A stretch of 64,000 nucleotides of DNA, from the NCBI GenBank assembly GCA_951406725.2, contig OX597819.1, positions 59,706,001-59,770,000 of the forward strand, given 5' to 3'. Both the position numbers and the translations under genes were made by a program. This stretch comes from Octopus vulgaris. Its lineage: Eukaryota. Below the pieces are notes generated by a model. The model saw only the letters and a list, made by a program, of their open reading frames with translations, made no database searches and was not told the origin of the DNA. Shown piece by piece: positions 54,876-64,000 of the stretch (within the stretch, counting starts at the first letter, position 1; each line of letters begins with the position of its first letter).

Positions 54876-55579
54876 ATGTATTATACTTAATGTATACTTA
54901 CTATCAATAGGCCAGTTACTGCAGCATTTGTTTTGAGAGAATATCTGTTATGGATATGCTGTGTTAAGAATACCATAAGTATCAGGGGCAAATGAAACTT
55001 CATCTCCTAGCAGGCAGTAAGAACTAGATGCCTTTTCAACCTTTTGGGCCTTTTCCATGACGTGCACATGCAACCAGTTGCATGCTTAGATGAGAATTTA
55101 TTGCCTCTGATACAGGAAAAAGTGAATGTAACAGTCACTGATGTTGCAAATAGCAATAACATCTTTTATCCAAGTACCTACAGGGCTCTTCATTTGACTC
55201 AACTGAAAAATTATGGAAAATCTTCCTAATTTGGATAGGTTGTTTAACTCCACATCAGCTATGATCAAACAATTCTAGGATTCAAAAAGGCATTCTAGCC
55301 ATACTCATCCAGTCTTTTTGGCTGTTTGGGGTGATTCAACTGCTATTTCTAGCTGGTAGCGTCGTTATGTAGAACAGCAGTTTCCTTTCAGGACTATAGC
55401 TACGGGTGTCAAAGGTTTTAAATTACAAAAAAAAAAAAAATTCAGAATTCACAAAACGTGTCAGAGTTCACATTCCCAACATAGAAGAGTGCAGAGATTG
55501 TGAAAATATACACTTAATACATTCAGAGCAAAATCAATTTTCCTGGGGTTTATATCTTTTCTACTGGAAAAGATATATA

Positions 55580-55960
55580 CTCTTTTACATGTCATTTGAC
55601 TGTGGCCATGTTGGAGCACTGCTTTTAGTCAAGCAAATCGAACCCAGGACTTATTCTTTGTAAGCCTAGTACTTATTCTATCAGTCTCTTTTGCCGAACT
55701 GCTAAGTTACGGGGACGTAAACACACCAGCATCGGTTGTCAAGTGATGTTGGGGGTATAAACACAGACACACAAGCATATACACACACATAAACATATAT
55801 ACGACAGGCTTCTTTCAGTTTCTCTCTACCAAATCCACTCACAAGGCTTTGGTTGACCTGAGGCTATAGTAGAAGACACTTGCCCAAGGTGCCACACAGT
55901 GGGACTGGACCCGAAACCATGTAGTTGGTAAGCAAGCTACTTACCACACAGCCACTCCAG
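55580..55960 (-). mobile_element. SINE family B
   Basis: match to the family B consensus. Confidence 0.85.
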
Positions 55961-56174
55961 AAATGATGAAGGATGAAATAAATAACTCACATCAGTTGTT
56001 AAGCTGTCAGGGCACTACATCCTTCAAAACTTCCATCCTTCTCGAAATTTGCAAACAGTTGAGTGCAAATATTCTCTAAAGGAAAGATAAAGAGACCTGT
56101 TTGAAAGAAAGTAACCTAAATACCAAGGAAATTGAAAGATTTTAAAAATTCTGTTACCTCTGAAAGATTTAAAG

Positions 56175-56714
56175 ATCTGGAAACTGTTCAGTGACGTGCA
56201 GCCAGGAGAATATCCTCCATCAGGCATTTGTCATATTCTAAACGCCTTACTTCCCTGGGCAAGGACACATTGAAACTCCGACATCTGGCAGCTGACTTGG
56301 CAGACACCCATAACATTATTAACCATCTTACTAACAATAATTCTGAGCACCTTTTCAAACTCCACCTGTCTAACACCCATGGACATGTTTACAAAGTCAG
56401 AAAACAGCACAGCTCCCATGGCTTTCGGAAACATTTTTTTACACTAAGAGTTGCTGATGCATGGAACAAACTGCTAGCATCAGTTGTTAGTTGTTGGAGC
56501 ACTGCATCTTTTGAAACTTCCATGCTTCCTGAGATTTGCCAACACTACACCTGATTTTCTCCCCTCCATACACACACAAGCATGTATCTGACTCATACAC
56601 TGTTCACTTTCCAGACATTTGTACATTATTGCATATGCTTTATATGCACCTTTGACAAGTTGTAGAGCACCTGAGAACTGTATACAATAATTTCATTATT
56701 ATTATTATTATTAT
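56175..56714 (+). mobile_element. Second CR1/L2-type LINE 3' fragment, same family as 45978-47060
   Basis: near-identical peptide ...TLKLRHLAADLADTH...SMLPEICQHYT*; (ATT)n tail. Confidence 0.93.
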
Positions 56715-57615
56715 CAACAGACCATCCCAAACTATTCATAGAAGTGTGTCACTGGCGTTATGGGGGGGGGGGGTGATTTTGCTATCTCAAGTTAACTCTA
56801 CTGTAATGAAGCAGTCCCATGGTACATAGGTAGGTAGCCAACCAAATTACTGGTTATGATCCACAGATTTAGTGATTGTTCCAGGTATATTACGCCTCCA
56901 CCTAGCTGAGAACCATAATGCATGCCCAAACATGCAGTGGATAATCAAATGGAGTGCAGTGTTACTGTGTAACATATCATATCATATCATATATATATAT
57001 ATATATATATATATCGTTTTTAAAGTCCACTTTTCCATGCTTGTATTGGTCAGATGGAATTTATTGGAGCAGATTTTCTATGGCCAGATACCCTTCTTGT
57101 CATCAACACTTATCTGTTTTCAAATGAGGTAATATTTTCATGGCCAAATGTTTTCATAGAATATTGGAAATGAATGACACTGCTTGTATGATGGTGATGT
57201 TTGTTTACAATTATCACACAGTGTCAAGACAAAGAAACACTAACACACACACAATGGGCTTTTTTAAAGTTTCTGACTACCAAATCCACTCACAAAACTT
57301 TGGTTAACCTGGGGTTATAGTAGAAGACACTTGTTGAAGGTGCTGCATAGTGGGTCTGAACCCAAGACCATCTGGTTGCACCTATCACTATATAAAATTA
57401 ATGGAAATGATACTCCTCCTCCTCATCAATTATAATCAAAGAAAATATAGGGGCCTGTGATCTCCATAGAGCTTTATGAAGATTTGTACAGATAAAGTGG
57501 AATTAGTCAGAAAGCTTATTTGAAGAATTAACTGAGATTACTTTGCATCAATAAAGAAAGAAATGCATATTTTACAACTGATCCCAATATATTGGTATCA
57601 AGGCTGGATTAAGAT

Positions 57616-57651
57616 CAACTGATGAAGGCTAAACACAGCCTAACAAAGTTG
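57616..57651 (+). ncRNA. Degenerate hammerhead-like motif
   Basis: caa-CTGATGA-a-GGCT aaacac AGCC-taac...ttg; GAAA is not intact. Confidence 0.3.
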
Positions 57652-58329
57652 CCGATGCAAATCCTTCAATTTAGATACAAGTACTGAATGGGAAAAACAT
57701 AGATTGAAAATCCAATTTTCTTTCAATCAATACACCTCAACTAAATATGAAATATCAATAAGCAAAATGAATAGATTTACTTATAATAACAGGAAAAAGA
57801 TCCAAATTCTCAGCCTTTTTTAATTCTTAAAAAATGTCGATTTACCATTTGTGCCATGGTAAATCCAGCACTAGAAAAATAAAATCCATAGTACCATCCC
57901 CTTCCCTTGGTGCCCTAAGCACGTGCTTCTTTTGTTTAATGGTTTCTCTGGTCCTGATTGGAAATAATCATCGTATTGGATCCAGAAAAATAGCATCCAA
58001 AATTATTTTCGATTGATTGTAATCGTAGGTATGCTATTCTATGCTGGTTCTGTAATTTAAAGGGAATTTAAAATTAAATGAAAAGTGACAATAGGGAAGC
58101 TAATTATTGATTTTTGTTCTGTTGTTTAGCTTTCGTATTCGTAATAATTTCCCCGAAAATTACGTACGGAAACGTTTATTAAAATATAACGTTGAGCTAG
58201 TGTGAATAATAGTTTGAAAGGCAGTCCGCAATTACTTTTGAGTGAACTACAATACCACGAAGAGGAGAAAATGTCATTTTCATAAATATATGACCTGAAA
58301 GAGCTTCCGTATATATTTAATTGTTGGTG

Positions 58330-58500
58330 ATGAGTTTACTTCCGCTGAAGCAGCACTCAGAACTGTGACGTCATCACATTATGGCGCAGGAAGTGTGAAC
58401 AGGTGCCTGTTGTTATTCGATAAAAATGGTTCCCATCACATTTTTGGTTAATAATCTCTCTGGTTATCAGGTTTTTTTAAGGATTAACTATTGTCAAGGT
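58330..58500. promoter_or_regulatory. Candidate housekeeping-type, possibly bidirectional promoter / first exon
   Basis: ETS-like ACTTCCG (58338) and CAGGAAGT (58387), CRE TGACGTCA (58366-58373), YY1-like ATGGCG (58381), retained CpGs in repeat-poor DNA. Confidence 0.5.
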
Positions 58501-61067
58501 TAGTCTAAAAGCTTTCTATTACTGTTGACTTTATGGATTTGTACCCTTGCGTAGAAATCTTTCATAAAAGGATGTTTTTTTTCAATGTCTGATTTCACTA
58601 CCACACCACGTCAATACTAAAAAAGAAGAAGAAAAGAAAAGGAAAGGAAAATATTCTCTGTCTCTAAAATTGCCAATTTTCTGCTTAGAAAACATTTATT
58701 TGATTTTTAATTTTGATAATATGCACAAAGCTCTTTACTAACTCCACTCTTTATACTAAACTGAAATAGGAATTTTACGTTGTTACAAAACACTGCTACA
58801 TCTTAAACAGTTTGACATTTTTATGCATCATCTTGCTACAATAATAACATAAAACACTTCTTTTGGTTAAATCTTTTGTTTAGATATTGAAATTTATATT
58901 ATTGTTTATCATTCGGAATTTATTGCTTCTTGATGATAACTAGTATTAGAACTACTAGAATACATTTTAATAGAGAATGGTGCAATTTGTTATTAATGTA
59001 TCTAACAACAGATTTGATTCATCAGATTTATTATTATTGACACAGATTTCTTTATATTCCATATTTACTATTCTTTTGTCCTTCTCACTTTTGTTGTAAT
59101 ACACGGACCAAAGTCGATATTATAAAATAAAACATAGTAAATAAAGCCCTATTTCTTTGTATGGTTTCTAACTTCATTGATACGTACCTTGTATTATCAT
59201 CATTGATGACTATTTTAAATATCAATTTATTAAATAGTTCAAAATCAAGATTGTTTTGATTCTGTCATGATTGCACTAAACTGAATTCAGTTCACACTGT
59301 AGTCAGCTTGTCTTTTCATCTCTCTAGAGTAGTGTTTTGTCAATCGACGGTATCCTTTCCCTGCAAAATTGGCCTTGTGCCTAGTCAAGAGAAATCATCT
59401 AGAGAAAAAAAAACACCCCAAAGAAATAGATAGCAGAAATGAAATCGTTCTGTGAATTTAACTTCGAAAAATTTTATCAAACAAATATTTTAATTCATCG
59501 CTAAATAAATTGTTTCTGAAATATTCCCTTCCATATTTTATGATCCAGGATTTTTTGGCATCTTAAACAGAACTAGTTACTTCCGCCTTCAGCTCACTGC
59601 TGGCATTACTGTGAATGGAGAAGTTTGCTTTGTTTTGTTTCAAGTTCGTAATAAAGACTCAGACACAAATCACATATTTGATTTGTTAACTAGTTTTTAC
59701 GTTTTCCTCTTTTGTACTAAAGTAGTTTCTCGGTTAATTAATTTCTTCACGGTATATAATAGCAACATGTACAAGTCGATGTAATTCCCCTACTTTCTAT
59801 AATTGAATAATTGTTTGTTATTGACAAATAAAGAAAATATTATTTTCATTATTATTAACCCTAAATAATAACTTTGTTATCACTTCTGTAAATTTCATTA
59901 AATTTTTTTTTTACTTGGAAACTGCTTTGGTGAATATTTTGTATATTTTTGTACTTTGGGTTGTTTTTGTTTATATGCTAAACTGAATTAGGTCAATAGT
60001 ATATCTGTGTCAAAAAACTTCATTTTGGTGTTGTTTTTAACATTATATTTATCTTCTAAATTCCACGTGAAAGTGATGTATTATGTCTCGTAAAATACTT
60101 TATTACCTTTTCGATTATTTAAAGGTAAATGGCAATAGTTTGGGAGTAAGATTATGAATCTATTTTGTTTTTATTTTTCTGTAGTTAATACTAATTCGAG
60201 TCACAAATGTATTTTTGTGTTAATCCATTTACTAAGATTTTTTTTGCTTTTCGCATTTTGAAGGAAATAAATGTTAGTTATTTGAGTAGAAGCTGAGCAT
60301 ATTTTATAGTTCTTCTTCCTTTACAAAAATTGCCAAATACCAAAGGAAAAAATTACTTGATCTATTAAAATAGTTTACTCATTGCAATTACTCATCTTTA
60401 ACCACAAAACTAGAAGTATTTGTATATGTTTGAGTATAGAAAGAAAATATCGAGGTTCAAATTAGCGCAACCATATCCGAACCTTCTGCTATATTTTATA
60501 GGACATGAAGTATAAATTCTAAAGACAGAGAACAATCTTCCATCATAATTCGAAATTTTACATTGCCTCATGCTTTGCGATGCTCTGCAATTGAAAGCTA
60601 ATTATATGCAGAACTGATCTACTCTGTTGGCATTTGTCTACCCCCATCATATTTACAAACAGTGACTCTATTTCTTTGTTGGTAATGCAAGCAGACTGTC
60701 ATGTTTCCAAAGCCAATATATTTATTTATTCACACACAAAAAGAATGAGTAATAGTGGTGGTGATAAATTAGGCTGTGCATCTTGTTGCTAGTTATTAAC
60801 TTTTCAATCTTATTTCCTAAAATGTTCGTTCAAAATTTGATAAATACATATATATATATATATATATATAAAAAGACTATAAAAGCTTGATTTTAAAGAT
60901 GTATTTATTTATCTTTATTATTATTATTATTGGAAGAAAATCGTCTCTTCCATTGAAACAAATATATCAAATTTTTATACTTGAACGAGTTTTAGTTTAT
61001 TACAGTCACTAATTTTATGTTGAATATACCTGGTGTTCCTCCCTCATTTTTTTAAGGACTTATTCAT

Positions 61068-61180
61068 TGTCCACTTTCTGTGCATTCTATGTACTGTACA
61101 TGCACTTTCGGCTACCTTTTCTGATGAGTTGTAGTGCACCTGAGCACTGTATACAATAAATTCTTCATCATCATTATTAT
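61068..61180 (+). mobile_element. CR1/L2-type LINE extreme 3' tail
   Basis: gttgtagtgcacctgagcactgtatacaataa, shared with the two larger copies. Confidence 0.7.
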
Positions 61181-62979
61181 ATTTTTCTCATGTATTTTGT
61201 TTTTGTTCGGTCAGTTTGGCTATTTTGGCTTTATATAGCATATTTTTAAACCATTGTGTAAACCGAGAAGTCGTTCATTCATTCATTACCTTAAAAAGCA
61301 TTATTAATAAAGGGCTGTGCCGGACCAGACCAAGATTCTTAACTTTATCATTATTTTTAAAGGTTGTTTACAACTTTCCGATTATTTTCTTAATATCGTT
61401 TGAAAGACTTAAGTGAAAACAGAAAAAAAAAACATTAACTTCAAATTTTATTAATTTTATTGCTAAGATACCCTTTAAAACTATCATATCTACCTTTAGT
61501 TATTATATCAATATATATTGGCAACCAAAAAGGGGGTGGGTGTATATATTTAAAAAATTTCGCCTTGATTTCATTTTGGTTCTCTGATTCTATGAAATCC
61601 TTCTGCCCCCATTTTTTTTTATGTCGGTGCTAATGTGCAACGAATATAATAAATAGGAACATTTTACCAAATAGTCTTCAAAAAGACTTGATCAAATTCT
61701 AACGTCTTACAATTAAGCCAGAATACTGCCCCCTTTTTTTTCTCTCATTGCTGACTAATAATATCATCACTATCATTATCATCAAATTATTAAATCAGGA
61801 ATCACTTGGTCTCTTATTGTTTAGGGAAATGTTTTATTGGATACCATTAAATTTATCTTTAGTGACAACAGTAGATAGAGTAGCGACCTCTCTATGGTCA
61901 CTCGATCTGCTGGAAATAGCAGCTAAATCTCTTTGTAAATACACCGTAAATGCCTTTAAAAATGGTACATTGGATAGTGTAGTCTTAAAAACACTATGGT
62001 TGACTAAAACGGATGGTTACAACGGGAACACTGTTGATCATACGTAGGCTGGTCCATGACGATCTCAAAACAGCATCTTAATATGAAAAAATATTATTGT
62101 TTTAAAGGAATTTTTTCGAATATTAATTGATCACTAGAGTTGATACAGACTTAAAATAAAACTTCTAATTAACTTTTTATTCTGAAATAAATTATAGGGT
62201 AAGGAGTTCCTCTTAAATAGGGAGCCTTGTAGTTGTAAAATGGAGTCAATCTTTTTTCATGAGTTAGGTCGTCAATTTATACAGCAATTAGTGAATTGCA
62301 AGTGATCTTGATTTGATTATTGTAGTTATTAAACCCTATGAGCTTGATTGGGCTGATCTACACTCCAACCATGACTATCCAGTTATTTGTATTTTGAGAC
62401 ATAACGTCATCTAGGACTATATCATTTAATTTGTTCTTACTCTTTTAAGACGATACGATGTTATCTGGCTGCTATTTCTCGCAGCTCAAGTGACTACATA
62501 AGAGGCTGTCTCTGAGCTGATTTGATAGTTATGACAGGTAACTTTGTAAAACAAGTATAGTCTTACTCTCGTATAAGAAACGTAAAATGCAATAGTGGAG
62601 GCAGTCCTCCCTTTGAAATGCTGCTACAACGAGGAATGGGGGTGGGTTGTCGGGAGAGGTTGGTTGTATTAATGGTGTTTCATTTTGAACTTCTTTTTGC
62701 AGCTCGGTGTTTTAGGAAGAATACATTTGTCAGGGAATGGAATTATAGAGGAGTACAGATCTGTGGAAGAAGGAATGATTGAAAAAATTATTTTGTACGG
62801 TGAGACATTAGGGTTAAAGAAAGAAAGAAAGCCAGAAGTGGGCTTGCAGTGTCTCAGAGAAGAGAAAAAAAAAATGCACGAGTTGAAATTAGCAGGAAGT
62901 GGTAGGCGGAGAACAGGAAAAAGGTTCAACCAATTTATCATGGTTATTTTTGGATAACTTTCTTATGGTATTTATTCTT

Positions 62980-63100
62980 TTCTACTCCAGGCACAAGGCC
63001 CGAAATTTTGGGCGAGGGGGCCAGTCGATTAAATCGACCCTAGTACGCAACTGGTACTTAATTTATCGACTCTGAAAGGATGAAAGGCAAAGTCGACTCT
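62980..63100 (-). mobile_element. SINE family A fragment
   Basis: ctggtacttaatttatcgac...aaaggcaaagtcgac. Confidence 0.75.
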
Positions 63101-64000
63101 TATGATATTTATTGAGTTGAATAAAATTGTATTAAAGATAATTTAAAAGTATTATTATTGACTCAGTAATGTAAAAAAAAAAAGTATCATTGTTATTGAT
63201 TCAATATTTGTTTCCCAGCATTGCCTTAGATTTGGAGAGAAATGAATAAGATTTAAAAAAACCCAACCTTTTGAGATTTCTAGTCCTGGTCGAATTGCTA
63301 AACGTACACTATTTGACTGTTAAGATGCCACAACATTATTTTAGGGTTATTTATTTATTCATCTATTAGTATAATATATATTAATTATAAAGCATTAAAT
63401 CTGTAGTAACTCTGCTTGAACAAAATTTAAATTTCAAATCATTTTCAAAGACTATTTATATATCTGAAAGTTTTATTTTTTTAGATGAGCTACTGTTAAA
63501 ATATTTTTTAAATGTTGTCCTAATGCTTTAGTAGAGTGACTTTAAAAAAATCTGTCACCTCCAAAACATTCTTGAATAACAAATATTTACCACAATGTGA
63601 CATTTGTATCCACTAACGGACAAAACTAAAATCCAGTGACATTCTTTTTATTTTCATATTTCATAGAGATAGATTTATCAGGAAGAAGTGACTGTCCATG
63701 ATCTTCTCAAAGCATCTGAAACTTGTCAGATTTATTATAAGGCAGATATATAACATCAGTTTTCTGAAACAACAACATACTCCATTGTTTCTTCATTAGA
63801 ACATAACCCAGCAAACTACTGTATGATGTATGAAAGCATTGGATTCATAATATTCTGTGTATTTGCAAAGAAGCTTATTGATGAATTCACTTTGCAACAG
63901 TATCGTCTTGGGTTCTATTCTGTGGCATGCTACCTTGGCCAAGTGTCTCCTACCATCATTTCAGATGGTTAATACTTTGGGAATAGAATTTGGTAGGCAG

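Noticed and set aside
58360-58378. C/D box snoRNA (minus-strand TGATGA...CTGA)
   Set aside because: Boxes are only about 10 nt apart; better explained as the CRE site
61119-61130. CTGATGAG as a hammerhead core
   Set aside because: It is a variant of the LINE tail (tgacaagttgtagtgcacc) with no stem II or GAAA
62669-62957. Overlapping 90 aa ORFs on both strands
   Set aside because: Purine-skewed low-complexity sequence, possibly an old retroelement remnant; no recognisable domain or exon structure

Overview
AT-rich, microsatellite- and SINE-dense animal genomic DNA. The repeat landscape suggests a cephalopod, probably Octopus (inference). The only host protein-coding gene I can support is the 3' part of a Rab40 GTPase/SOCS-box gene on the + strand: four coding exons (13559-13619, 16566-16643, 25035-25257, 28862-29100), with the 5' exons presumably upstream of the window. 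A repeat-poor ~13 kb stretch follows and looks like a very long 3' UTR ending near AATAAA 42226. The rest is mobile DNA: three tRNA-type SINE families, CR1/L2-type and RTE-type LINE fragments, mariner/Tigger/piggyBac-like elements and a ~337 bp tandem array ending in an RTE-like tail. A probable promoter lies near 58.35 kb. The most notable signal is a set of short elements carrying minimal type-I hammerhead-ribozyme folds of the kind known from Penelope-like retroelements. Two are foldbacks made of two inverted hammerhead copies, and some have non-canonical cores (GUGAACA with a compensatory G3-C8 pair; CUGUUGA). Most visible copies are degenerate, so activity is unproven. Nearly all other ORFs in the supplied track are spurious translations of repeats.
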